Source: a virus
Direction: 5' to 3' (one strand)
Virus record (IMG/VR): IMGVR_UViG_3300049002_000011
Coordinates: 6,995 to 70,994 of that record
Length of the DNA stretch: 64,000 bases
The notes beneath the pieces are model-generated. The model was not told where the DNA came from and made no database searches. It worked only from the letters and a program-made list of their open reading frames with translations. Position numbers and translations under genes: made by a program. Positions 29,510 to 38,696 of this stretch are shown piece after piece. The stretch's first letter is position 1. Every line of letters begins with the position of its first letter.

Positions 29510-29560
29510 CAAAACAAAGAGAACGGGCTCGGTCCGCTGTCCAAAGCAACCGAGCCCGTT
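29510..29560 (-). terminator. intrinsic terminator in late leader
   Basis: 12-bp perfect stem AACGGGCTCGGT/ACCGAGCCCGTT followed on minus strand by CUCUUUGUUUU. Confidence 0.7.
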
Positions 29561-29669
29561 TCTCAGACACCCCCAAGTTTTTCGCCCTGAGATATCTGTT
29601 GAGCATGTCCTCACCCCACGCACAACACTCAGAAACTTGGGAGGTTTTTTACTCCCACATGTGCGGCGC

Positions 29670-29697
29670 AGTATAGCACAATCGTTGCGCGGTGCAA
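29670..29697 (-). promoter_or_regulatory. putative sigma70-type late promoter
   Basis: TTGCAC-N16-TATACT with TG extended -10, upstream of lysis and virion genes. Confidence 0.6.
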
Positions 29698-29703
29698 GGG
29701 TTT

Positions 29704-30015
29704 CTACATCGTCAATTCTTCATCGCGCGAGTTTTCGAAAAACTCTTCGTCTTCGGTCGCTGTTTGCTCATCGAGCACTTTCGCAATCGCGGCCAAGCTA
29801 GCTGGGCGTGCAGCGTTCGACGCTTTGGTGAAAAGCTGGTGAATCACGCTCATCGGCTGTGCTAACAGCTCGGCTGGCAAAATCTCCGTCGTTGACCGTG
29901 ATGCGATAAATCCGAGCATCGAAGTAAGACCGGAGAGTCCCGGCTCACTGACCGTCAGAAAGAGTGAGTACTCGATCCCAGTCATTTCATCGCTGCGAAA
30001 CTCTACTTCGTTCAT
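29704..30015 (-). CDS. hypothetical protein
   Basis: 103 aa co-oriented ORF. Confidence 0.5.
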   Translation of the reverse strand: MNEVEFRSDEMTGIEYSLFLTVSEPGLSGLTSMLGFIASRSTTEILPAELLAQPMSVIHQLFTKASNAARPASLAAIAKVLDEQTATEDEEFFENSRDEELTM

Positions 30016-30263
30016 GGCTCACTCGCTTTCTCCGTTAGGGCTTTGCTCTTAATCCTGGCAAGCAGGAAGCACAACAATCGCGTGTGTTGGCGAATGCAGA
30101 CGTGTAGCTGCGCGACAGTATCGTGATTACGGCGCCACGGTTCTCTCTTGTAAGCGGCGTTCAATCGCGACATTTGCCAACGTCGTCGACGACAGTTTGC
30201 TTTCATCGCATCAACCTCCGTTCGCGATAGTGACAGTCGTGCTGACACAGCTTTGCGGAGCAA
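30012..30263 (-). CDS. basic hypothetical protein
   Basis: 83 aa co-oriented ORF, ATGA overlap with downstream gene. Confidence 0.4.
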   Translation of the reverse strand: MLRKAVSARLSLSRTEVDAMKANCRRRRWQMSRLNAAYKREPWRRNHDTVAQLHVCIRQHTRLLCFLLARIKSKALTEKASEP

Positions 30264-30342
30264 CTCTCACAGCGTTTGTTCTTACAGCTTGCGCTCAGCG
30301 TGGTGGACGGCCGTGCGCCAGATGTGTTGCGTGGTTCGCGTT

Positions 30343-32121
30343 TCATGGTTCCTTTCTCTGAAGACGAATACGGCGCCGTTTCTTTGGGCCATCGTCTGGT
30401 GCTGGAGTGATAGGCGTGGAGGAAGTCTGGGGCGGGCTGTCGAGACGGGCGGCGCTGACGAGGGCATCAAGTCGCGCTATCTCGAGCTGGACTTTTGCTG
30501 CGCGTGCGAAATTCTCTGAGCTCATGCTACCGAGGGCGGCGCCGCGTGACAGTTCAATGAACTCTGCGCGTAATCTCGCGAGCTGCTCGATGTTCGATTC
30601 TTGCGGCGTTGGCGGCGCGAGTATTTGCCGTTCGATATCACGAGCCATTTTGTCGAAAGTCGCTTTCGACGCCTTAACGATCAGATCATCGAGTACGCCT
30701 TTCTTTAGAGTGGCGGCGCGTGAGTTGATTCGTATTTCACTCTCGGGCAAGTTGTCGACGATTTTGTTTCCCGTCGTGGCAAACTTCATTCGGTCAGCGA
30801 GGCTCAACGCGTCAAACTCTGCGCGCGTGATCGTCACGGACTCATAGCCACGTTTTCCATTTTCGATGGTAATGGCCCGTTCGATCTTTTGAAGCATCGA
30901 CGCCATGTCTTGTTCCATGGTTATTCGTTGCCGGCATTCAAAATCGTTCGTCTGCGGGCGACACGAGGCGAGCATTCCCTCGGGAGTCTCGGTAAGAACC
31001 AGCGACCAATCCGCGTGGCGTTTCCGGAACGCTGCGATTGCGAGGCGCGAAACGGATGGCAGTGTTTGTTCGAACGCGCGATCGAGGATTTCAGCAGTTT
31101 TGCCACCTCCTGAACCGCCGCCACGAAGCAGGCCCTTCACATAATCGATCGCGTTGTCTCTCAAACTGCTTTTTACATCAGGTTGGAGCATCGATTGTGG
31201 CGGGGTCGCGGGCGTCCCGAATTCCGTGAAGGTGGCATAATCAGCTTTGCCATACACCTTCGGATTCAGCGGAGGTGTGAGCTTCGGAGATGCCCCGGTC
31301 AAACGCCTGCTTATTTCCTTCTTCAACACTTCCTCCAGTTGGTCCAGCAATAGTGGCAAGGCTTGAGGCGTTTCGAAACTGCCGCTGGCACAATAGCGAC
31401 CGAGGTCTGCGCCATTCTCATTGACGATCGACACCGTGACTTCAACTTTTGTGAGGTTGTATTGCTGGAAAAATGACACCTTCCAATCAGGATGTTTCTC
31501 CATGAACGCTTCGATAACAGCAGTCACGCCGGTGGCTTCCGTTGACTCGACACTTTTCCGGTAGTAATCGATCGTCATGCGATACTCTTTGCTTACGAGG
31601 ATGCGCTCAACCTCGCTGCTGCCGAAGGTTGTCATATCTCGATATTCGGCATTCACCTTCCATTGATCAGCGCGCAGTTTTCCATCGTCCAGGGCAGCCC
31701 TCAGTCTCGCTTCAATGTCGAGTAGAAGCGTTTCCGTTTGGCTCTCAGGCGCTCGCCCCTCGACGATGAATGTCCCGCGCTTATTCCCAGCTCGCACCTC
31801 AACGCTGACGGTATTCTCGCGACGACCTGTGGCTGACAATTCGCAGTTGCACACCCACTCCGGATGTCGGTCGATGAACTGACTGAAAGCGTCGTTTGCG
31901 CTCACGACTGATTTGAAGTTTAGGGATTGCGGCATTTCGTTGTCTCCGGTTTCGCGTTTTAGGAATTGGACCTCGCCGAAGTGAAATTTGTGTCTGAGCA
32001 CAAATGGCGGGGGCGCGAATCCGTCTTTCAGTGGCGGACTGTATTCGTTACATGATGAACACCACGCAAAGAATTCAACCCTTAGTGGTTTTTGCGGTCT
32101 GCTGTCATTTGCTCCGTCCAT
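30343..32121 (-). CDS. mosaic hypothetical protein with three internal repeats and morphogenesis-protein-like segments
   Basis: Repeats FIDRHPEW/FMEKHPDW/FRKRHADW; segment VTITRAEFDALSLADRMKFATTGNKIVD resembles the scaffold C-terminus. Confidence 0.7.
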   Translation of the reverse strand: MDGANDSRPQKPLRVEFFAWCSSCNEYSPPLKDGFAPPPFVLRHKFHFGEVQFLKRETGDNEMPQSLNFKSVVSANDAFSQFIDRHPEWVCNCELSATGRRENTVSVEVRAGNKRGTFIVEGRAPESQTETLLLDIEARLRAALDDGKLRADQWKVNAEYRDMTTFGSSEVERILVSKEYRMTIDYYRKSVESTEATGVTAVIEAFMEKHPDWKVSFFQQYNLTKVEVTVSIVNENGADLGRYCASGSFETPQALPLLLDQLEEVLKKEISRRLTGASPKLTPPLNPKVYGKADYATFTEFGTPATPPQSMLQPDVKSSLRDNAIDYVKGLLRGGGSGGGKTAEILDRAFEQTLPSVSRLAIAAFRKRHADWSLVLTETPEGMLASCRPQTNDFECRQRITMEQDMASMLQKIERAITIENGKRGYESVTITRAEFDALSLADRMKFATTGNKIVDNLPESEIRINSRAATLKKGVLDDLIVKASKATFDKMARDIERQILAPPTPQESNIEQLARLRAEFIELSRGAALGSMSSENFARAAKVQLEIARLDALVSAARLDSPPQTSSTPITPAPDDGPKKRRRIRLQRKEP

Positions 32122-32693
32122 GCTGGATCCGCCTTACTCATGTGGACGATACCACTCGACATCAATTTACCGTCCACTTGTGCCAGGCAAGTAAAACATG
32201 TGCGCCAGTTCTGTGCTTCGAAGGGATCGTCGGTGACATGGAGTGGCACGATACAAAGCCCATTGCAGGCAGGACAGATGCGACCGACAGCACTCAGCGT
32301 GAGGATCCGAGTGCCTACCTTGCGCACCACGCGCGCGGAGATCTCGGCGTGATGGTTCACGACGGCGACTTGGACCGTCAAATTAAACTCTTTGTTCTGG
32401 AAGACTGGCCATTCCAGCGTGACAAAATCTTCCACTTCCTCTTCACACAGAAGGTCAGAGTCAATCAGTACACGCGCGACGCCTTCGATCGCTTCGTACA
32501 TCGCGGGGATGAGTGGCGTTAGCGAGGGGCGCTTTGGCTTGTTGGTCGCTTCAACTGACGGCTGCATGTGGTCCTCGTAGAATGAGCGCGCAATATGATC
32601 GAGCATTTGCTGGTCCGCGTAAGATCGGCACGCGACGAGCGCTTTGAGTTGCGTTTCAATTATAGGCAGCCAGTCGATCAGCATCGTCTTCAC
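32082..32693 (-). CDS. hypothetical zinc-ribbon protein
   Basis: CPACNG...CFTC. Confidence 0.55.
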   Translation of the reverse strand: MKTMLIDWLPIIETQLKALVACRSYADQQMLDHIARSFYEDHMQPSVEATNKPKRPSLTPLIPAMYEAIEGVARVLIDSDLLCEEEVEDFVTLEWPVFQNKEFNLTVQVAVVNHHAEISARVVRKVGTRILTLSAVGRICPACNGLCIVPLHVTDDPFEAQNWRTCFTCLAQVDGKLMSSGIVHMSKADPAWTEQMTADRKNH

Positions 32694-33796
32694 CCGTGCA
32701 GTGTTGTCGCGACAAACCCGGGCCTATGAACTTGCGGAACGTCGCCACCGTCTTTCATGGCGAACAACTCCGCGAGCGTAGATTGCTTCGTGTTGGAGTT
32801 CGGATACAACAGCGCTTGCGATCGGGCGTCGTGCTCGTCAAGCCATTTGTAAGCTTCATCGCGTCCGAATTTTGAGAACTCGATTTGCGAGAAGCAACGA
32901 CCAGGACGTGAGACTGCTTCGTGAAGTGCACCAACATCTTCGTTGGTTGTAATTAACACTAACACACGCAAGCCCTGTCCGAGCAAGCCCGATGTAAGAT
33001 TGAGAAAGCGCGAAAGACGTCCGCCCGTTTGCAGACGCGCATCCTTCGCGAGCAGCTCGCCGGAATCCTCGAGCACGACCAGTCGATACCTCTTTTTTTG
33101 CTCACCGGTAGTTGGTCCACCATCATCACCGAGAATCACGCGCAGCAAATAATCGCCGTGGTCGAAGAAGTTGTCAGCGTCGATCACAATATGCAGACGA
33201 CACCACGGGCCCCACACGTCGCCGAGCGCACGCAGCGCGTATGTTTTGCCAGTGCCCGGCTCGCCACGCCACAGCATCAACTTGCCGCTGTCTTCGGTTG
33301 GCCTCATTCCGTGCAACCTCACCAGTTGATCACGCGTGGCCGCCGGATAGTTGGCCGCGATTTGTTCCCACGTCGGCACTTGCAGTTGTCGATCGAGAGT
33401 GCGTACACCGTGCTCTGTGTAGTGCCAGTAAGTGACGTCGAGCAATCCCGATTTCCGCTCTGACCATGGCAACGCCTTTCGAAAGACGTCCAAAACATCA
33501 GTTGCGCTTTGCATACTCGAGTTGTAGACGGTGCACGTAAATTCACGATTTTCTCGGATGAGTGAAACGATCGCGCGGCCCTGCTGAAGCACAAGCGAGT
33601 GCGAATCAGCGCGCGGGTAAAATTCTTCGCATAATAGCTTTGTGCCGTCGATCTTCAGCGCGGTTTGTATGGTTTCGTCGGACACCCACGCGTCACGGAC
33701 CGAAGAGACGGCGCCGCGCTCGTGGGCTTCGTTCAGCGCGGTAAAAGTAACGCGATCGTGAATGTTCAGGTTGGCAACGGATCGAATGCTGGTCAT
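32690..33796 (-). CDS. AAA ATPase (DUF5925-like N-terminus)
   Basis: PTWEQIAANY, GEPGTGKT, VVLEDSGE, LSRFLNLTSGLLGQG, ITTN, SRPGRC. Confidence 0.85.
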   Translation of the reverse strand: MTSIRSVANLNIHDRVTFTALNEAHERGAVSSVRDAWVSDETIQTALKIDGTKLLCEEFYPRADSHSLVLQQGRAIVSLIRENREFTCTVYNSSMQSATDVLDVFRKALPWSERKSGLLDVTYWHYTEHGVRTLDRQLQVPTWEQIAANYPAATRDQLVRLHGMRPTEDSGKLMLWRGEPGTGKTYALRALGDVWGPWCRLHIVIDADNFFDHGDYLLRVILGDDGGPTTGEQKKRYRLVVLEDSGELLAKDARLQTGGRLSRFLNLTSGLLGQGLRVLVLITTNEDVGALHEAVSRPGRCFSQIEFSKFGRDEAYKWLDEHDARSQALLYPNSNTKQSTLAELFAMKDGGDVPQVHRPGFVATTLHG

Positions 33797-34071
33797 TGGT
33801 GAATCGTTTCCTCCCTTGGTGGAATGAAGCCCCGATCGCGCTGCACGCTGCGCACGCGAGCGAGGCGTGACAAATTACGTTTGCGAGACACGGCCGTACC
33901 ACGCATATCGAGATTACGTGACCATAGCTCGAACGTGTTCGCCAGTTCTTTGAGCTCAGTCTTACTCAAACGCTTAAGCAAGACGCGTGAGACGCGAGCG
34001 GGAATGATTCCCTCGCGCCGGTATAGTTCAACTGCTTCGTTTGTTTTCTTGGCTCTGCTGGCTCGCCTCAA
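33793..34071 (-). CDS. basic hypothetical protein
   Basis: TTG start preceded by GGAGCAAACG. Confidence 0.5.
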   Translation of the reverse strand: MRRASRAKKTNEAVELYRREGIIPARVSRVLLKRLSKTELKELANTFELWSRNLDMRGTAVSRKRNLSRLARVRSVQRDRGFIPPREETIHQ

Positions 34072-34246
34072 CGTCGTTTGCTCCGTGAAAGATTTTTAGT
34101 TGCTCGCCGACGCGTCGAATTAGTTTCTCTCCGCTGGGGCACAGGTTGAACGGTTGACTCGCGCACCGGAAACAAATCTCCAGGTGCAGAAGAAACAGGC
34201 GCGTCATCTGGTCCAGCATCGCGCTTGTTGCGTTTCGATCGCGCAC
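34028..34246 (-). CDS. small hypothetical protein (H...CxxC...C)
   Basis: GTG start preceded by GGAGCAAACG. Confidence 0.45.
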   Translation of the reverse strand: MRDRNATSAMLDQMTRLFLLHLEICFRCASQPFNLCPSGEKLIRRVGEQLKIFHGANDVEASQQSQENKRSS

Positions 34247-34330
34247 CTGTCGTTTGCTCCTCGTCTTCGAACCAGTTCACGCCGATGAGCGCCGGATCCA
34301 GCCCGAAGCAATAACAATCGCCGTCCTGGC

Positions 34331-34654
34331 TCATGGTCCGTCCCTGAGTGCGAGGTACGCTTCAAGAACCGGCGGTAACGATTCTTTCCGCTCGTGCGGA
34401 ACGAAATCAGGCACGATCGGATCGCGTGGTTCATCAAACCAAACTGACCACCAGCGACGGTGCGCCATTATCGGCCGTTGTTCTTTACTTGACCAGCCGA
34501 CCTCTACTACACCTTCCGCAATACCACGATGTGGGAAGAGCGTTGGCATATGACCGTGTTCGCCCGCGTAAATCTGACATGGACCAACGTTCGTGTAACG
34601 CGGATGCATGGCGCCGCAAATTTGTGGTGGACCTTCTGTTTCGTTCATAATCAA
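34331..34654 (-). CDS. hypothetical protein
   Basis: C...C...H.H metal-binding-like N-terminus. Confidence 0.45.
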   Translation of the reverse strand: MIMNETEGPPQICGAMHPRYTNVGPCQIYAGEHGHMPTLFPHRGIAEGVVEVGWSSKEQRPIMAHRRWWSVWFDEPRDPIVPDFVPHERKESLPPVLEAYLALRDGP

Positions 34655-34798
34655 CTCAACGCGTCTTCAGTAACCGAGACGAAGGGTAAAATTGCTCCGG
34701 CGTTCGCGGGCTAATCGTCTAAACGTCTAAGAACGCGCCAACTGTGTTTGCACACAGAGGTTCGCTGCGTAGCGGCAGATGCTGACGACGCGCTTTTT

Positions 34799-35011
34799 TT
34801 AGCTCGCTCTTTCGGCATCACGAATTTTCTCTACCTCTTTGGTTAATTGTTGTAACTCTCTCCATTCTGCATCCGTAAATCGAACCGTTGCGCCGGGTGG
34901 CTGGCCGAACTCAATGAAGTCGATGCCTTCACAGTCCTGCACGTGCTCGATGTACTTCCGGAGTAAGTTGCGATAGTCGAGCATCAAGTCGGACATATCA
35001 CTGCCACACAT
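34799..35011 (-). CDS. hypothetical protein
   Basis: YRNLLRKYIEHV..CEGIDF; tandem small ORF. Confidence 0.55.
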   Translation of the reverse strand: MCGSDMSDLMLDYRNLLRKYIEHVQDCEGIDFIEFGQPPGATVRFTDAEWRELQQLTKEVEKIRDAERAS

Positions 35012-35410
35012 TTAGCTGCCTGAATCGATGTCGCAGTCGATACAAACCCGCAACCCGTATTTGTGATCGCAAAACGAAGTGACGGTGCCGCAGACGATAC
35101 ACGGCTGCAAATCGTTCGGGTGATAACTAAAACGTTCAACCATCACGCCAGTCTCAAAATCTGTGACGAGCTCGAGCAGTCCATCGTAATGTGGGTGATC
35201 GATCAAGATCGAGGAATGCTCTGAACCAATCATTGCGGTAACTTGGGTCGTGACTGTCGGCGCTGTCTCGATGCGCCGGCCGTACGGTCGCACCTTCAAC
35301 GGACGCTCCTCGATCGCTGCCGTTGTTTGTATGCGGAGATCGTCCAGCTTGCCCCGCTCGGGCTTAGCTTTACGTCTCAACAGATGTTTGAGCAACGCAT
35401 TGCCACTCAC
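35012..35410 (-). CDS. hypothetical zinc-finger protein
   Basis: PCIVCG...VCIDC. Confidence 0.5.
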   Translation of the reverse strand: MSGNALLKHLLRRKAKPERGKLDDLRIQTTAAIEERPLKVRPYGRRIETAPTVTTQVTAMIGSEHSSILIDHPHYDGLLELVTDFETGVMVERFSYHPNDLQPCIVCGTVTSFCDHKYGLRVCIDCDIDSGS

Positions 35411-35634
35411 CGCGGGACCTCTACATCCAATTCGACGTGCTCGAGCTGGTCGCGACGAACGCCTGCAGCTCTTGAACGATGAAAAGTCACTCCGGTAACT
35501 GTAACCGCGTGATCGATTTCGAACTGCTGGATGACTCCCAAAATAAAAGTCTCCAGCACGCCGCGTTGTTGTTGAATTAAAGCGACAGCGCCGGCCGTCG
35601 TCGCTTCTTCGTCATCAACTATTTCCAGCTTCAT
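35407..35634 (-). CDS. hypothetical protein
   Basis: 75 aa coupled ORF. Confidence 0.5.
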   Translation of the reverse strand: MKLEIVDDEEATTAGAVALIQQQRGVLETFILGVIQQFEIDHAVTVTGVTFHRSRAAGVRRDQLEHVELDVEVPR

Positions 35635-37397
35635 TCGAGTCCCTCCGGATCTATCTTTTCGATCTGCTCTTTGATCGCCTGCATGATCGTGAGTCGGTCT
35701 TTTTGTTCCTGCCCTCGCTTGGCGTAACTCTTCTGCGTGTCGATGCGGCCTTGGATCACGTTCGCGGCTGCATTGCGCATCGCGAGAACCCTGTCAGAGC
35801 TGCCTTGTGACACTGTTGGTTGTGCGTCCATCGTTGTGAGCGCATACATATCGGCGAACTCAGTCAAAAGCACCGCCTCGATTAACGAGTGCGCGTTGAG
35901 GGTAGGCAACAGGTGACCCACACGATCCATTGTGCGTTCCACGCGTCGTGCGTAATCACGCTCCTGGACGCTTAGGACTGCCTTAATAAACTCGGCCATG
36001 AACCTGCCCGCTTCTGCCTGCGTGCAACCAGACGTCGGCAGCCATTCAGCAAAAGCAATTAAGTGGTACGACAGACTCTTCGAACCGTCGAGCGCGAATT
36101 GGTACGCGAACCCGTTTGCAAGACGGAAAGAGATGTCGGCGCGCGGTGCTGGCTTCGCGAGTTGAAACGTTGCTTGGCCGGAGAAGACGCTACCGGCTGG
36201 TCCACCCGGCACGACTGCCATGCTGACTCTGTCGGGATCTACTCTGCATCTTGCATCGTCATACATGGAACGATCCTTTCCATCGAAAAGCGTGGCTTCA
36301 TCTTTCATTTGGCCCCACGCTTCAAACGTAAAGATTCCAGGCATCTCGCGCACTTCACCAGCCGGCGGTGGAATTAACTTCTCGCACTTGCCAAACACTT
36401 GTGCCTTCTCGCAGCCATCACGTCTCACAAGAGAGAACGCGGTGTCATAGATCGGCTGGTCTTTCACCTTCGAGAAATAGATGAAGTGTCCGAGGGCCCA
36501 ACGCGTCGAGGGCACAATCTCACTGTAACCAGGTGCAATGCACCACTCACCGTTGACCTCGTACACTTCGAAATCGGAATCGCTGGGTTGCTCGTTGATA
36601 CGACCGCGCCATTGATTCCGGAAGTTGCGACTTCTATACGCGATTGTGGCGCTGACCATGACTTCAGCCACACCATCGTCGTCGGGGCGCCACTCTTCCA
36701 CGAGCTGCAAAGGTAACTTGGCCTGAATACGAAGAGACGACGCGGCCGAATCGAGCTCGATGATGTTATCTTCCTCGACAATCGGGAAGTCAGGTTTGGT
36801 GGCGTGAACGGCGTGAAAGTTCAGTAGGGTTTCAAGCGATTGAGCTGCCTCGACTTCAAAAAGCGCCGAACGCTCATGGACATAGCTGAACCAATCTCGG
36901 GCATTCAGTTCACTCAGCTCACGCAATGGTGCTTCAGCGTCCCAAAAACCGTTGAGCAGAGCAGATCGGCGAACAAGAGTTGGTTTGTATGGATCATCCG
37001 CTTGCGTCTCACCGGTGACAGGTTCAACGCGCACCGCTACAAAGATTTCCCCCTTCTCGGGTTCGACTTTCCAGTGAACGCACTCAACTACTTTCCAAGG
37101 TGTGCGCGTGCCGTCCGCATGGTGAAAGACTCGTAGATATCCAAGCTCTTTCCCGATGCCTCGCGATACATCGCCCAGATAAGGCATCGCAAGAGTGAAA
37201 GTTGCGGACTTTTGTTCATTGATGAGCCCAACCCATGAGTTACCGTCGGGCAATAGTCTCAGCGTGAGCGTTGCGGTCGCAAAGCCACCCTTATGATCTG
37301 TCGGACTCCAAGCCGCGTCCTCCGGCAGCGTCTTTTTAGCTTCATCCTGGAACCATTCTGATTTCATAACTACGATCCTCCCTTCACATGCCGCCAT
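35631..37397 (-). CDS. large hypothetical protein
   Basis: 588 aa open frame; internal repeat WVGLINEQ/WRGRINEQ. Confidence 0.7.
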   Translation of the reverse strand: MAACEGRIVVMKSEWFQDEAKKTLPEDAAWSPTDHKGGFATATLTLRLLPDGNSWVGLINEQKSATFTLAMPYLGDVSRGIGKELGYLRVFHHADGTRTPWKVVECVHWKVEPEKGEIFVAVRVEPVTGETQADDPYKPTLVRRSALLNGFWDAEAPLRELSELNARDWFSYVHERSALFEVEAAQSLETLLNFHAVHATKPDFPIVEEDNIIELDSAASSLRIQAKLPLQLVEEWRPDDDGVAEVMVSATIAYRSRNFRNQWRGRINEQPSDSDFEVYEVNGEWCIAPGYSEIVPSTRWALGHFIYFSKVKDQPIYDTAFSLVRRDGCEKAQVFGKCEKLIPPPAGEVREMPGIFTFEAWGQMKDEATLFDGKDRSMYDDARCRVDPDRVSMAVVPGGPAGSVFSGQATFQLAKPAPRADISFRLANGFAYQFALDGSKSLSYHLIAFAEWLPTSGCTQAEAGRFMAEFIKAVLSVQERDYARRVERTMDRVGHLLPTLNAHSLIEAVLLTEFADMYALTTMDAQPTVSQGSSDRVLAMRNAAANVIQGRIDTQKSYAKRGQEQKDRLTIMQAIKEQIEKIDPEGLE

Positions 37398-37620
37398 TGG
37401 CGATCGCTGAATTAAACTGCATCTGCGCAGAATGCAACGCGCGAACGGCTACCGTCTTGCCAGGTCCATCCGGAACGTGTTGCCAGATATTCTTTAGCAG
37501 TTGATCAAAGTTGAGATTGACGTGGTCCACCGCCACGCGCGCCGGTTCATCGAGTCCCAAATTCTTCGGCGCGAGAAAAGCGCGCGCGCCGTCGAGTGTT
37601 CGCAAATCAGGTTGTTGCAC
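37384..37620 (-). CDS. Acb2/Tad1-like helical hairpin protein (candidate immune-signal sponge)
   Basis: VPDGPGKTVAVRALHSAQMQFNSAIA matches the PxxRExSLAxxxLExAxMWANxAIA pattern of this family; GGAGG RBS. Confidence 0.6.
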   Translation of the reverse strand: MQQPDLRTLDGARAFLAPKNLGLDEPARVAVDHVNLNFDQLLKNIWQHVPDGPGKTVAVRALHSAQMQFNSAIANGGM

Positions 37621-37717
37621 GATTGACCTCCCTTACCTGCATAACAAAAGTTTAAGAAGCATAAGAATCGCAACGACGAGTAGCGCAATCGGCACGACGA
37701 ACCTTAAAAATAACCAA

Positions 37718-38407
37718 TCAAACAATCGCACGCCGCAATTCTCCTTCGAGATTGACGTCACAACCGCATCGACGATCGTGACCGCCAAGTTTTTCAGCCA
37801 ACCAGACGTCGAGCTTCCCGATCGACATCCAGACATTTCGTTCCTGCACCTGAAAATACCACGCGTGCAGTGCGGCGGCTTCAGCCCATGACCACACGAC
37901 ATGCGCGGATTTGTCTTGCGATCGCAGCCAAGCGAGTTCACGCACCTGATCCCACTCGGCCGAGGCGTCGTCGATCAGTTCGTTGTGCCGAACTTTGAGC
38001 TCGATGAAGAGACCGGAAAAGGTTTGTTTGTAATCTGCGCCCTCCCACGGCTCCCCCATTTCAACGTGCGTGACTTGCGCGTGGTTTGCGACGTCAAGAA
38101 TGCCAGGCTTCACGCCTTCGGCCTTGCGTTTCGCTCCCGCCGGCGAATAGGTAACACGTCCACGAGTTGTGTCACGCGTTACTGTCTCCGAGATCAATTC
38201 ATTCGCCGGATGATAGGAGCGCGCAAACTCAGGGACGTGTTTGGACCACAAGCCCAACCACCGAAACAACGTTTGCTGGTGTGTCGATTCATCAGTCTTC
38301 TGTTTCAGCGTTAAGGCTCGCAGTGACGTCGAGAGAGTGCGCGCTCTCGTTTGTCGACCGCCTACAGTCGGGAACAGACTCCCGACTAAATCCAAGTTCT
38401 TCGCCAT
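37718..38407 (-). CDS. VRR-NUC domain nuclease
   Basis: ESTHQ...YHPANE...KAEGVKPGILD...LFIELK. Confidence 0.8.
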   Translation of the reverse strand: MAKNLDLVGSLFPTVGGRQTRARTLSTSLRALTLKQKTDESTHQQTLFRWLGLWSKHVPEFARSYHPANELISETVTRDTTRGRVTYSPAGAKRKAEGVKPGILDVANHAQVTHVEMGEPWEGADYKQTFSGLFIELKVRHNELIDDASAEWDQVRELAWLRSQDKSAHVVWSWAEAAALHAWYFQVQERNVWMSIGKLDVWLAEKLGGHDRRCGCDVNLEGELRRAIV

Positions 38408-38696
38408 GATAGTGCCAAGGCCGGACCGTTGCAGGGCAAAACAAACGCGCGGCGTGTGAAAGAGTTACGTGCGGAGGTGATTGCAGCCGCCCGCGGCATG
38501 AATCAACCGCGAACGCCACTCAGTATACACGCTGCGAAACTGTTCCGGATCATCTCCGGGGAACAACGGCGGCGCACTTAGCGCTATCTGCTGGAGCTGC
38601 TCGGGCGGTGATGGGCAGGCAAAACAAACCCCTTCGACCTCGATACACATTTTAGGAAACCGACATCGTTTTCGCGGTGTGTCTGCCACAAGGTTC

